A stretch of DNA of 64,000 bases from Schleiferilactobacillus perolens DSM 12744 (GCF_001435585.1 NZ_AZEC01000007.1:4122-68121); one strand, 5' to 3'; numbered from the stretch's first letter, positions 19,519 to 30,054 are shown. A program made the numbers and translations. The notes: generated by a model not told the origin, from the letters alone.

Positions 19519-20964
19519 GTGCGTAAGACTTTTGTCAACATTCTCTATAACGGTATCTATCAGCTGATCATTTTATTGCTGCCGATTATCGTGGTCCCCT
19601 ATGTTTCTGCCCGGTTGGGGAAGGAAGCATTGGGGATCAATGCGTTCGTTAATGCTACCCCTGTCTTTTTAAGTGTCATTATTCTCTTTGGTATGAACCA
19701 ATTTGGAGCCCGTACCATCGCCCAGGCAAAGAAAGAGGAACTGGGTCATAAATTTGCTCAATTGTGGCTGATTCAATTCTTAGTTGGTATGATCACGATC
19801 ATCGGTTTTGTCATCGTGGTCCTGGCTGCCTTGGATTACAAGGGTTACTTCCTGTTGGAAATTCCTTTCTTACTGGGTTACGTGCTGGATGTTTCCTGGT
19901 TATTTATTGGCTTAGGGGAAATCAAGCGGGTGGTCATGCGGAACACGATCATCAAGTTGGCAATCGTTTCGTGTATTTTTATTTTCGTTCACCGGCCCGA
20001 AGATTTGTGGATATATCTACTCATCAATTCCGTCACGTATTTAGCAAATATCGTCTTCTGGTTTGACTTACGCCATTATTTCTCGGTGAAACAGGCCTTT
20101 CGCGAATTACACTGGAACAAGCAATACTTCTGGGCGGCTCTAACCGTGACAATGCCGGCGATGGCGCTGCAATTTTACATCAGCTTCGATCAGACCATTG
20201 TCGGTTGGTTAGCGGGGAACGCCCAGCTGGCCTATTATTCCCAGAGTCAACTGATGTGTCGGGCGATTACGACGATGGTGGGGTCGGTCAGCACCATTTT
20301 GATGCCGAAGATGGCCCAAATGCTGGTTTCAGAGAACGGCCACAAGGAAGTAAAACGCCTGCTGGGACAAGTGCTGGATTATTCTTTGCTGGCGGGGGCA
20401 TATTTTAGTGCTGCGTTTATGGTGAATGCACGCAAATTCGTGGTGTGGTTTTGGACTCCTGAATTTGCCCCCATGGGCCCGGTCCTGTTTATTTCTGCCT
20501 TGATTATTATGATCGTCAGTTATGGCAGTGTGTACGCGACACAATATACGCTTTCCCGAGGACTTTTTAAGAAATATTCTTTCCCGTTTTATATTGGTGC
20601 CGTGGTATCGCTCTCATTAAACTTCCTGTTAGTGCCGCACTTCAAGGCAATCGGCGGAGCAATTACGATTGTGATTACTGAGGCGATTGTTTGCGTACTG
20701 CGTATCTGGGTGGTTCGCAAAGAGTTGCCCCTATTGCAATATTTTGCGAATCAGTGGAAGATAGTTTTTGCTGGAGCAGTGAGTGTTATCATTGGTTTGT
20801 TATTGCCGATTAATTTTGGCAGTCTTTTCGTCGATTTAGTGCTTCAGACGATTATCCTGACTTTGGTTTACCTGGTTGTGTTATTGGTATTGCGCGAGAA
20901 TGCACTGCGAGATATTGTTTCGCGGGTAACCCGGCGCTTCCGACGAAGCGGCGCGGCGCGCTAA
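19519..20964 (+). CDS. wzx: Wzx-type oligosaccharide flippase (MOP superfamily)
   Basis: 481 aa with about 12-14 TM helices. N-terminal region typical of polysaccharide biosynthesis protein. GTG start. Confidence 0.75.
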   Translation: MRKTFVNILYNGIYQLIILLLPIIVVPYVSARLGKEALGINAFVNATPVFLSVIILFGMNQFGARTIAQAKKEELGHKFAQLWLIQFLVGMITIIGFVIVVLAALDYKGYFLLEIPFLLGYVLDVSWLFIGLGEIKRVVMRNTIIKLAIVSCIFIFVHRPEDLWIYLLINSVTYLANIVFWFDLRHYFSVKQAFRELHWNKQYFWAALTVTMPAMALQFYISFDQTIVGWLAGNAQLAYYSQSQLMCRAITTMVGSVSTILMPKMAQMLVSENGHKEVKRLLGQVLDYSLLAGAYFSAAFMVNARKFVVWFWTPEFAPMGPVLFISALIIMIVSYGSVYATQYTLSRGLFKKYSFPFYIGAVVSLSLNFLLVPHFKAIGGAITIVITEAIVCVLRIWVVRKELPLLQYFANQWKIVFAGAVSVIIGLLLPINFGSLFVDLVLQTIILTLVYLVVLLVLRENALRDIVSRVTRRFRRSGAAR

Positions 20965-20989
20965 AAGAATTGTGTGTATTGGAGGACTC

Positions 20990-22576
20990 ATGTTGGCAAC
21001 AAAACTGAAACGCTGCGTTTTTATCTTCGTGATTCTGCAGCCATTCCTAGACATTTTCTGGCTGTATCAACCGCCGATTGCGACGTTCCTGGGAATGTCA
21101 CCGGCGACCCTGATTCGACTGGTATTTATCGCCGTGATTGGTGTGTTATATCTGCTCAGTCTGCGGAACAAAAAAGAACTGTGGTTTTACGGCGGCTATT
21201 TGCTGCTGTTGGGGGTTTATTTCATTTTCCATCAGCGTAACGCAATGGCTTTCCATTCATTAGTGCCGGGAAACTTCGGCTATTCCACTTTCGGCGAACT
21301 ATTCTACATTGTGCGTATGCTCGTCCCGCTGTTTATGATCGTGGTGGCCGCACGGACAGAGTACACGGACAATCAGTTCGAACATATTATCAACTGGTTA
21401 ACGATTTTTTTCTCTGGATCTATCGTTTTGACAAACGTGTTGCGGATCAGTTTGGGCTCCTACTTGCGTAATTGGGGGACTGGGAACATCTTCCAACAGT
21501 ATCCTCATCAACGCATTACCGGCACGATCTTTGATTGGTTTCGACCAAGCCAAACCATGGATTTTTACGGTATGGCTTCCAAAGGCTTTTTTAACCACGC
21601 GAATACAACGGGGGCAATTCTCGTATTACTGACCCCGCTAGTTTTTTATGTGGTCGTCAAAAACTTCAACTGGAAAAATAGTATCCTGATGGGCGTGCAT
21701 TTGCTGGCTTGTCAGGAATTGGGCACAAAGGCTGCTGGATATGGTGTGATGCTGGCATTGGCGGCCTACATTTTGGTGTATTTGTTCTTTGCTTTTGTCA
21801 AAAAGGAAGTCCACTTCAATAAATATTTGGCGTTGTTCTTCGTGGTGGCGCTGTTTGCGACTTATGGGCTGAGCCGCTTTGCGCCTAGTGTAAACCGTCA
21901 AGCTTCTGAAGAAGTGGTGGAAAAAGAGATGAAGCCCACCAAGAAGAAGACCAAACACTTGGCCAAGCAATTGGATCAGATCACAAAGACAGGTACCCGC
22001 AAACAGCAAATTAAGTTCATCAACAAGTATCGTGATCAGTTTGGTTTGAATAAGGGGTTTGTCACGAAGACTTACCCAGCCAAATATGATCCACAATTCT
22101 GGTTAGGTGTCATGCATTGGCCAGCATATTCTCGGATGAACTATCGTTATTTGCAAATGCAGATTTGGCGTCGTGTCTCGGCCATCAACAACAATTCAAA
22201 GGATAAACTGTTTGGCTTTGGTTATATCCGTTTGAACAATATGGGGCTTATCGAACGGGATTTTGTATCGCAGTATTACGCCATCGGCGCGGTGGGGATG
22301 TTACTGCTGGTGGCCCCGTATATTCTTTTGATCCTGTTTTTAGGCTTGCGGATGTTATTCCGGTTCCGGGATCTGTTCACGTTAAAAAACGTGACGTTGA
22401 TCATGGGGGTCATCATGGCATTTGCCATTTCGCTTTATGCGGGTTACGTATTGGATTATCTGACAGCGACGATCCTGGTCGGCTTTTTCCTGGGCCAGTT
22501 GGTGCTGGGGACATTTCCGCCGCGTCAGGCAACAGATCGGTATGCGTTTGACCGCAGCCACGAACTAGGAAGGTGA
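20990..22576 (+). CDS. Wzy-like polymerase / O-antigen-ligase-like membrane protein
   Basis: Multi-TM protein with a large basic extracytoplasmic loop. RBS GGAGGA. Listed ORF 20972 is an upstream extension. Confidence 0.6.
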   Translation: MLATKLKRCVFIFVILQPFLDIFWLYQPPIATFLGMSPATLIRLVFIAVIGVLYLLSLRNKKELWFYGGYLLLLGVYFIFHQRNAMAFHSLVPGNFGYSTFGELFYIVRMLVPLFMIVVAARTEYTDNQFEHIINWLTIFFSGSIVLTNVLRISLGSYLRNWGTGNIFQQYPHQRITGTIFDWFRPSQTMDFYGMASKGFFNHANTTGAILVLLTPLVFYVVVKNFNWKNSILMGVHLLACQELGTKAAGYGVMLALAAYILVYLFFAFVKKEVHFNKYLALFFVVALFATYGLSRFAPSVNRQASEEVVEKEMKPTKKKTKHLAKQLDQITKTGTRKQQIKFINKYRDQFGLNKGFVTKTYPAKYDPQFWLGVMHWPAYSRMNYRYLQMQIWRRVSAINNNSKDKLFGFGYIRLNNMGLIERDFVSQYYAIGAVGMLLLVAPYILLILFLGLRMLFRFRDLFTLKNVTLIMGVIMAFAISLYAGYVLDYLTATILVGFFLGQLVLGTFPPRQATDRYAFDRSHELGR

Positions 22577-22581
22577 CTGTC

Positions 22582-23310
22582 ATGGAACGCGTGAATGTAC
22601 TCGGAATGGCCTTCGATAACCACACAATGGCTGAATTTATGACGATCCTTGGCAAAAGAATGCGACAGGAACAAGGGACGTTTATTGTGACGGCCAATCC
22701 AGAAATCGTCATGTACGCCCGTGAACATCCAGAATATCAGCGCCTGGTGGATGAAGCGGACTTTGTCACTGCGGATGGCATTGGGGTAGTTAAGGGCGCC
22801 CAAATTCTAGGCACCCCGATTAAAGAACGGGTGACTGGCTTTGATTTGATGGTCAACTTATTGCAGTTGGCCGCTCAACAGGGTTATCGAGTTTACTTGA
22901 TCGGTGCTAAGCCAGGCATTGCCGATGCTGCAGCCAAAAAAGCGGCCCAAGAATTTCCCGGACTGCAAATCGTAGGGACCCACGATGGCTACTTCGAACT
23001 GGGTGACACGCAGGTCGATCAAGCCATCATCGCGGCTAAACCGGATATGGTTTTTGCGGCCATGGGCTATCCCCGGCAAGAACAATTCATTGCTGCGCTG
23101 CGTAATCATTTGCCAGACGCATTGTTTATGGGAGTTGGCGGGAGCTTTGACGTGTTGTCAGGGACGGTGAAACGAGCCCCGGTCTTCATGCAAAAAGCAC
23201 ATTTAGAATGGTTTTATCGCTTGTTGAAAGAACCGACCCGGTTTAAACGCATGCTGATCTTGCCCAAGTTTCTCAGAGTGGTTCACCAGGAGGCAAAGAA
23301 ACCAAAATGA
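22582..23310 (+). CDS. tagA: WecB/TagA/CpsF-family glycosyltransferase (GT26)
   Basis: VLGMAFDN…ANPEIVM…DGIGVV motifs. RBS AGGAAGG. Confidence 0.8.
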   Translation: MERVNVLGMAFDNHTMAEFMTILGKRMRQEQGTFIVTANPEIVMYAREHPEYQRLVDEADFVTADGIGVVKGAQILGTPIKERVTGFDLMVNLLQLAAQQGYRVYLIGAKPGIADAAAKKAAQEFPGLQIVGTHDGYFELGDTQVDQAIIAAKPDMVFAAMGYPRQEQFIAALRNHLPDALFMGVGGSFDVLSGTVKRAPVFMQKAHLEWFYRLLKEPTRFKRMLILPKFLRVVHQEAKKPK

Positions 23311-24395
23311 AGATTCTCCATATCAATGCGGGTCTGGAAAACGGCGGCGGTTTAACCCACATTGTTTCCCTGTTATCTGGCTGGGATTCGCGCCAGGTCA
23401 GCTTATTAACATTTGCAGAGGGACCGGTGGCCAAGGCCGCCCGGGCAGCTGGGATTGATACCCATGTGCTTCATTTTCAGCGTCGATATAACTTAGGTAT
23501 TCTCAAAGCATTAGCCCAGTTTATTAATGCGGGTCATTATGACATCGTTCATGCGCATGGCGCCCGGGCGGTGTTGTTTTTGCGGATGCTGGGGCACCGC
23601 GTGCACTGTCTGAAAGTGGCCACGGTCCACAGTGATCCATTATTGGATTTTATGGATCGCGGTCTTCCTGGGAAAATCTTCACCAAGTTGTACATCAATA
23701 GTTTACGCAAAATGGACTATCTCTTCCCGGTATCCACACCGTTTTATCAGCGGCTGCGTCAATTCGGCATTCCAGACGACAAGCTGACGGTGATTCGTAA
23801 TGGCATTAACTTCAGCGATACCGTACCCGCTAAACAGGTCCACCATACGTTTAACATGATTTACGTGGCCCGGCTGCATCCAGTCAAGGACCACGCGCTG
23901 CTATTACAGACGTTAGCTGCCGCGAAGTTGCCGGACGCCCGGTTGCTGTTGGTCGGCGATGGCCCGGAGCGGGACAAATTGCAAAGAATGACCACCGCCT
24001 TAAACCTTAGCAATCAGGTGACCTTTGCTGGTTTGCAGACACCGGATCAAATTAATGCAGAATATCCATGCATGGATTTGGCCGTACTCACGTCGATTTC
24101 TGAAAGCTTTCCCCTCGTCCTGTTGGAAGCCGCCAATGCTGCTGTGCCAGTTTTGAGCAGCTGGGTTGGCGATGTACCGAAATTGATTAGTCATCCAGAT
24201 TTGGGCTATTTGTTTAAACCAGGTGACGGTACTGATTTACAGAAACAATTAGAAGCGGCCTACCGCGATTGGCAGCATGGGACGCTGGCGGCCAAGGGCA
24301 CTGCGTTGCGGGCCTATGCCCAGACACACTTCTCCCTCAAGCAATTGCAAGATCAAATTTGGACGCGCTATCAGCAACTACTTGGCACCCATTGA
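23307..24395 (+). CDS. Family-4 glycosyltransferase (GT-B)
   Basis: ATGA overlap with tagA. C-terminal E…FPLVLLEA motif. Confidence 0.8.
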   Translation: MKILHINAGLENGGGLTHIVSLLSGWDSRQVSLLTFAEGPVAKAARAAGIDTHVLHFQRRYNLGILKALAQFINAGHYDIVHAHGARAVLFLRMLGHRVHCLKVATVHSDPLLDFMDRGLPGKIFTKLYINSLRKMDYLFPVSTPFYQRLRQFGIPDDKLTVIRNGINFSDTVPAKQVHHTFNMIYVARLHPVKDHALLLQTLAAAKLPDARLLLVGDGPERDKLQRMTTALNLSNQVTFAGLQTPDQINAEYPCMDLAVLTSISESFPLVLLEAANAAVPVLSSWVGDVPKLISHPDLGYLFKPGDGTDLQKQLEAAYRDWQHGTLAAKGTALRAYAQTHFSLKQLQDQIWTRYQQLLGTH

Positions 24396-24519
24396 ACACT
24401 TTTTGCGTATAAGATTTGCTGAAATAGAGTCAATTCGGCCTGTTAAATATGGTACAATGCACTACGTATATTGCACCCACAGTGGTGTGATCGGAATCAA
24501 AAAATAAGGGGTTGTCTCG

Positions 24520-25782
24520 ATGACACCAAAGTTTACCCCCATCATTCTGGGGAGCGATATGAATGCCTACGGTATGGCGCGGGCGTTCCACGAGGAGTAC
24601 GGCATTAAGGTCCACTGCATTGCCAGCGATCCGCTCGCACCCACGCGTTATTCAAAAATTCTGACGTTAGAGTTCCACCATGGCTTCGAAGAAGATCCGG
24701 TCTTTATTGATACCATGCATGAGGTGGCTAAGCGTTATGCGGACCATTCAGAGCCGGTGATCCTTTTGGCAATGGGTGATGCTTACGCGGAGCTGATGGC
24801 CAAGCACAAAACCTTTTTGGAACAAACTTTTGTGTGCCCCGTGGTGGATTATGACTTATTGCGTAAACTCAACAACAAAGAAAGCTTTTACCAAGAGGCG
24901 GAGGCCCACGGGTTGCCGTTCCCAAAGACCAAGATCATTACCAAGGAAATGTATGAAAAGAAGCAAAACTTGGATGTCCCATTCACTTATCCAGTAGCGC
25001 TCAAACCGGCTAATTCTGTGGAATGGTTGGACATTCACTTCCCAGGAAGAAAAAAAGCCTTTGTCATCCATTCCGAAACTGAATACTTAGATATTGTCGG
25101 CAAAATTTACGATAATGGCTATACCAGTCATCTGATCCTCCAAGAGTTCATTCCCGGCGACGACTCCAACATGCGCACACTGAATGCCTATGTGAGCAAA
25201 GACCATCAAGTGAAACTGATGTGCCTGGGCCACCCGTTGTTGGAGGACCCAACTCCGGCAGCAATCGGTAATTATGTGACGATTTTGCCGGAATACAACC
25301 AAGATGTGTATGATGTCGTCCAAAAATTCTTGGAAGACATTCACATGACCGGCTATTGTAATTTCGACATGAAGTACGATCCCCGGGATAATACTTTCAA
25401 GTTCTTTGAAATTAATCTGCGACAAGGTCGTTCCAGCTTCTTTGTGACTTTGACCGGTTATAATCTGGCTCGGTTCGTCGTAGATGATTATGTCACTGGA
25501 AATTTGAAAGACGCCCCGACGGTGTACGCCAATAAGATTCAATCCCAACATGTGCTTTGGATGGGCGTGCCAGTCAAACTCTTCAAAGACTATGCGGTGG
25601 AAAATGAATTCAAAAAGCAAGCCGAAGCTTTGATTGACTCTGGCCATTACGGTACGACCGTTTTTTACAAGAAGGACATGAACATCCGTCGATGGGTATT
25701 GTTGAAGTACATGTTCCACAACTACATTCCGCGTTACAAGAAGTATTTCGAAGAAAATAAGGGCCGCGATATTGGCCGCTAA
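24520..25782 (+). CDS. ATP-grasp ligase, possibly D-aspartate ligase (Asl-type) or a glycopolymer amino-acid ligase
   Basis: N-terminal ILGSDMNAYGMARAF and central ATP-grasp-like YPVALKPANS…EFIPGDD segments. Confidence 0.65.
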   Translation: MTPKFTPIILGSDMNAYGMARAFHEEYGIKVHCIASDPLAPTRYSKILTLEFHHGFEEDPVFIDTMHEVAKRYADHSEPVILLAMGDAYAELMAKHKTFLEQTFVCPVVDYDLLRKLNNKESFYQEAEAHGLPFPKTKIITKEMYEKKQNLDVPFTYPVALKPANSVEWLDIHFPGRKKAFVIHSETEYLDIVGKIYDNGYTSHLILQEFIPGDDSNMRTLNAYVSKDHQVKLMCLGHPLLEDPTPAAIGNYVTILPEYNQDVYDVVQKFLEDIHMTGYCNFDMKYDPRDNTFKFFEINLRQGRSSFFVTLTGYNLARFVVDDYVTGNLKDAPTVYANKIQSQHVLWMGVPVKLFKDYAVENEFKKQAEALIDSGHYGTTVFYKKDMNIRRWVLLKYMFHNYIPRYKKYFEENKGRDIGR

Positions 25783-25890
25783 GAAATTGGGATCAGCTGG
25801 TGCTGGTCCTTTTTTCGTTTTCAGTTCGGGGACTTTTACAGTGATTCGCCGTATACTGGAAATGGAAGCTGAAAGGGTAGGTGTTTTTTC

Positions 25891-26397
25891 ATGGATCAAG
25901 AACAACTTGCAAAATTTACAGTCAGCACGCGCCACTTTAACCGGATTTTGATTGCCATTGATGACGATGACTTCATTTCTTCCCGCTTTGCATTCGATTA
26001 TGCTTGCACGGTGGCAAAAATCTATTCCATCCCATTGGCCATTGCGTCCGTTTTGGAAACCGGGGACCTCAATGTATTCCAATCCTTGGATCCAGATGTA
26101 TTGGCTGAGCGGCGCAATGAGATTGCTAAAGATCTCAATATTTATGTTGAAAAGGCCAAAGAAGCCGGCATTCTGGATGTGGTACCAATGATTGGTGAGG
26201 GCAAACCCGGTCGGGTGATCGTGGAACAAATGATTCCGCAATTTAAACCGGATTTGGTTGTCGTCGGTTCTGAAACCCATCCGGGCGCCCGCAAGACGAT
26301 TGGTTCTGTGGCAGCACATATCACACGGTTTTCCCCATGTTCGGTAATCGTGGTCCGTGATCCGGCGTCAGCACCAGCACCGAAACCAGAAAACTAA
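25891..26397 (+). CDS. Universal stress protein UspA
   Basis: ILIAIDDDD…VVGSETHPGARKTIGSVAAHITRFSPCSVIVV. Confidence 0.85.
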   Translation: MDQEQLAKFTVSTRHFNRILIAIDDDDFISSRFAFDYACTVAKIYSIPLAIASVLETGDLNVFQSLDPDVLAERRNEIAKDLNIYVEKAKEAGILDVVPMIGEGKPGRVIVEQMIPQFKPDLVVVGSETHPGARKTIGSVAAHITRFSPCSVIVVRDPASAPAPKPEN

Positions 26398-26405
26398 TCC
26401 AAGAG

Positions 26406-26449
26406 ACAGCGAATTAATTCGGATTATCCGGGTCGATTCGCTGTTTTTC
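26406..26449 (+). terminator. Terminator after uspA
   Basis: ACAGCGAAT…ATTCGCTGT followed by TTTTC. Confidence 0.75.
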
Positions 26450-26581
26450 AGTCTTAAGACTCTTGTAAACCAATCGTAATGCAGACTAAGGGGCAGGGCG
26501 GGTTATACTGGAATGGTCAATTAAGATTTTTTTAACGAACAACAGTGATTTTTCACTTTGCGTCAGGTCATGGTTGTTCGA

Positions 26582-27973
26582 ATCATTTCGGGAGGAATTC
26601 GCATGTCACACAGTAAACGTTGGAAACGCATTGCTTTATCCGCATTTCTGACATTCTTCATCGCGTTATTCGGTTTCAATTCACTCGCCCAAGCGACTAC
26701 CTATGGGCAATTCGCTGACGTCGCAAGTTACCAGCCAGATGATGTGCTGTTCTTTAAGAATCTAGCCACCAATCAAGTGGCTGGGGTCGTCGTTAAGCTG
26801 ACCGAAAGCGCCGGCGGCAACGCGTATATCAATCCGAAGGCAGGCCAACAAATCAAGTCAGCGCAAGCGGCTGGATTGAAGGTGAGTCTTTACCATTACG
26901 CGCAATATAATGGTGCGAACGGTGCTAAGGCAGAGGCTAACTTCTTTGCGGATACGGCCGAACAATACGGTCTTGGTAAAGGCACCGTCATGGTGGACGA
27001 TGTGGAAGACTCATCGTTGCAGACACCTTATGCGGATACCGTGACGTTCCAGTCACAACTCGCTAGTCGCGGTTATAACACCCAGGTGACTTATTCGATG
27101 GCATCCTGGTTCTGGTATAACAAGTTACCCCGTAATTATCCGATTTGGGTCGCTAATTACGGCGTCGACAAGCCTGGCGTGGACAATGCCGCAGCGTGGC
27201 AATATACCAGCAATTACAACGGTCAAAGCGTCGATATGAGCTACGACTTCACTGGTTTATTCACCACCCAAAGTCAAAGTACGCCGGTAAACAATAAGAT
27301 TGTCACGGTCAAAGGCAGTGCGGGTGTGCCATTGTACAACGGTTACGGCAGCAGCAAGTCCTATGCCAGTACGCTAGCTAACAACAGCCGCTGGATCATT
27401 TGTGATCAAGTCTATGTCGATGGCAAGTACTGGTATGAAGTGGGCAGGAACCAGTGGATTGAAGCCCGCCAAACTGATCAGCCGTACGGCTATGGCAACG
27501 TCACCGCCCCTGTCGATACCCGGGTCGATGATGCCACAGTGACGACGATCGGTGGTTCAACGCTCTATACAGGTTATGGCGATAGCAAGACAAGTACTGG
27601 CCGTTCCTTAGGGATCGGGACCACTTGGAAGATTTGCAACCAAGTCTATGCCAACGGCAAGTTCTGGTATGAAGTGGCCACTAACCAATGGATTGATGCC
27701 TCCACGACGGATCAACCTTATGGTATGGGCAATGTCAATCAGCCAATCAATAATACAACCACCATTGCGATTCAAAAATCAGGTGGCGCTACGCTTTACA
27801 ATGGTTATGGTACAAACGCCAGCTCCACTGGTCGGACTTTACCGACGAATTCTAAGTGGAAGGCCACAGCACAAAAATATGTCAATGGTCAATACTGGTT
27901 CCAGGTTGCTACCAATCAATGGATTAATGGCAATGATACAAATAGTGCAGCAGGCTTAACGATTTTCAATTAA
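26582..27973 (+). CDS. GH25 muramidase (lysozyme) with 3 C-terminal SH3b repeats
   Basis: DVASYQ…VVVKLTES…YHYA GH25 motifs. Signal peptide. RBS GGGAGGA. Confidence 0.8.
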   Translation: MISGGIRMSHSKRWKRIALSAFLTFFIALFGFNSLAQATTYGQFADVASYQPDDVLFFKNLATNQVAGVVVKLTESAGGNAYINPKAGQQIKSAQAAGLKVSLYHYAQYNGANGAKAEANFFADTAEQYGLGKGTVMVDDVEDSSLQTPYADTVTFQSQLASRGYNTQVTYSMASWFWYNKLPRNYPIWVANYGVDKPGVDNAAAWQYTSNYNGQSVDMSYDFTGLFTTQSQSTPVNNKIVTVKGSAGVPLYNGYGSSKSYASTLANNSRWIICDQVYVDGKYWYEVGRNQWIEARQTDQPYGYGNVTAPVDTRVDDATVTTIGGSTLYTGYGDSKTSTGRSLGIGTTWKICNQVYANGKFWYEVATNQWIDASTTDQPYGMGNVNQPINNTTTIAIQKSGGATLYNGYGTNASSTGRTLPTNSKWKATAQKYVNGQYWFQVATNQWINGNDTNSAAGLTIFN

Positions 27974-27989
27974 ACGCAGCACTAGCGAG

Positions 27990-28021
27990 CATCGTCTGTT
28001 TCGGCAGACGGTGTTTTTTTC
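27990..28021 (+). terminator. Terminator
   Basis: CGTCTG-TTTCGG-CAGACG followed by TTTTTTT. Confidence 0.7.
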
Positions 28022-28116
28022 TGCCTTCCAGTTGGTTTGCTTCTCATTTCGGCGCGTTATAATGAAAGAGGTACCCATGCAAGTGGTGGGGCACAAAGTC
28101 TTAGAGGAGTGATCGG

Positions 28117-30054
28117 ATGATGCACCGTTTATTCGCTGCAGATACGGGAGTAACTGGTCCTAGCGGCGTCGCATATAAAGATGATTTGTACGAAGCAGTC
28201 AATGGTCAATGGGAAAAGAAGGCTGTTATTCCGGCAGACCGAGCTGGGATTGGCGGTTTCAACGATTTGAGCATTGCTGTTGAGAAACAATTGATTGCCG
28301 ATCTGAACAATATGGGCGAATTGGAGTCTGCGTCCGACAAACCTCAGCTGCAACAAGCCGTGCGGTTGTTTCAATTGGCATTAGACTTTGATCGGCGCAA
28401 CAACGAAGGTTTCAAGCCGGCACTGTCTGATTACCAACGAGTCTCTGCGCTCACTGATTTTGGTGAGATCAATGATGCGGCCGGTGCATTATACGAACAC
28501 TTCCCGTTACCTTTTGTATTAAGCGTCGAACCGGACATGAAGGACACGGCACACAATGCGGTGTACGCATACGGCCCCAGCTTAATTTTGCCGGATACGA
28601 CTTATTATGCCGATGGCAATCCTAACCGTGATGCGTTGCTGAAGACATGGCGAGAAATGGCGATCCAACTGTTAATGGCAGCCGGTGAAAAGCGGGCCGA
28701 TGCTGTTTTGACAGCCGATCAGGCCTTGGCTTTCGATAAGAGTTTGGTCCCGTATGTCAAATCTGGGGAAGAATGGTCCGATTATCCGGCCATGTACAAC
28801 CCAGAATCCGATGCCGATTTCACCGCCCATTCCCAGTCCCTGGATTTGAGCAAGTTCTTGGCTGATTTGTTACCGGAGAAGCCGGATACCGTCATTGTAA
28901 CCGAACCTCGGTACTTCGAAAATCTGAACAAAATCGTTAATCCCAATACCTTTACGGCAATGCACAGCTGGATGACGATCAACTACCTAATCAGTGTGGC
29001 CAGTTACTTGAGTGATGATCTTCGCCAGTTGGGGGACACATTCCATCGGGCCATCAGCGGCAGTCAGGAGTCACCCAATCAGGCCAAGAGCGCTTATTAT
29101 CTGACCAACCATTACTTTGCTGAAGTGATCGGTCAGTATTATGGTCAGAAATACTTTGGTGATGAAGCCCGTCAAGACGTGCAGACCATGATTCAAAAGA
29201 TGATTGCAGTTTACGAAGAGCGTCTGAATACGAATACGTGGCTGAGTCCCGCCACGCGGCAAAGTGCCGTCAAGAAGTTGGAAAAGATCGTGGTCAAGGT
29301 CGGCTATCCCGACAAATTGCGGCCTGTTTACAGCAAGCTGAAAGTCGATCGGCAAGCTTCGTTGTTTGCGAATGCGCGGGCGTTCAACATTATCTTTGCC
29401 CGGGACATGTTTAGCAAACAAGTCAAACCAGTAGATCGGACAGAGTGGGGGATGCCGGGCAGCCTAGTCAATGCGCAATACGACCCATCTCGGAACGACA
29501 TCACTTTTCCAGCGGCCATTTTACAAGCACCGTTCTACAGCTTGAAGCAAAGCACTTCCCAAAACTTCGGCGGTATCGGGGCGGTGATTGCCCACGAAAT
29601 TTCCCACGCCTTCGATAACAACGGCGCTAAATTCGACGAGTACGGCAATTTGAAGAACTGGTGGACCAAAGAAGACTTTGCCCAGTTCAATAAACGCACA
29701 GACGCCATGGTGGCCGAATTCGACGGTTTACCATATGCTGGCGGTAAAGTGAATGGTAAGTTGATTTTAGGCGAGAACGTCGCCGACCTCGGCGGCATGA
29801 GTGCTGCTCTGGCCGCCGCCAAGAAAGAATCCGACTACGACGCCCAAGCCTTCTTCATCAACTGGGCCCGTGTCTGGCGCGGCAAATACACCCAAGCCAA
29901 CATGACCGCTCGCCTCGCCACAGATCCCCACGCGCCGAATGTCCTACGTGCCAACATGCAACCGCGCAATTTCCAAGAATTCTACGACGCGTTCCATGTT
30001 GAACCAGGCGACGGCATGTACATGGATTCTGAAAAACGCGTGCATATTTGGTAG
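28117..30054 (+). CDS. pepO: M13-family neutral endopeptidase
   Basis: HEISHAF zinc motif plus ENVADLGG. 645 aa. Confidence 0.9.
   Translation: MMHRLFAADTGVTGPSGVAYKDDLYEAVNGQWEKKAVIPADRAGIGGFNDLSIAVEKQLIADLNNMGELESASDKPQLQQAVRLFQLALDFDRRNNEGFKPALSDYQRVSALTDFGEINDAAGALYEHFPLPFVLSVEPDMKDTAHNAVYAYGPSLILPDTTYYADGNPNRDALLKTWREMAIQLLMAAGEKRADAVLTADQALAFDKSLVPYVKSGEEWSDYPAMYNPESDADFTAHSQSLDLSKFLADLLPEKPDTVIVTEPRYFENLNKIVNPNTFTAMHSWMTINYLISVASYLSDDLRQLGDTFHRAISGSQESPNQAKSAYYLTNHYFAEVIGQYYGQKYFGDEARQDVQTMIQKMIAVYEERLNTNTWLSPATRQSAVKKLEKIVVKVGYPDKLRPVYSKLKVDRQASLFANARAFNIIFARDMFSKQVKPVDRTEWGMPGSLVNAQYDPSRNDITFPAAILQAPFYSLKQSTSQNFGGIGAVIAHEISHAFDNNGAKFDEYGNLKNWWTKEDFAQFNKRTDAMVAEFDGLPYAGGKVNGKLILGENVADLGGMSAALAAAKKESDYDAQAFFINWARVWRGKYTQANMTARLATDPHAPNVLRANMQPRNFQEFYDAFHVEPGDGMYMDSEKRVHIW

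Noticed and set aside
25087-26319. 410-aa ORF on the minus strand
   Set aside because: Fully antisense to the ATP-grasp and UspA genes. Its composition, rich in F, N, I, H and Q, is typical of a reverse-frame artefact of a well-supported gene. No RBS or start context.
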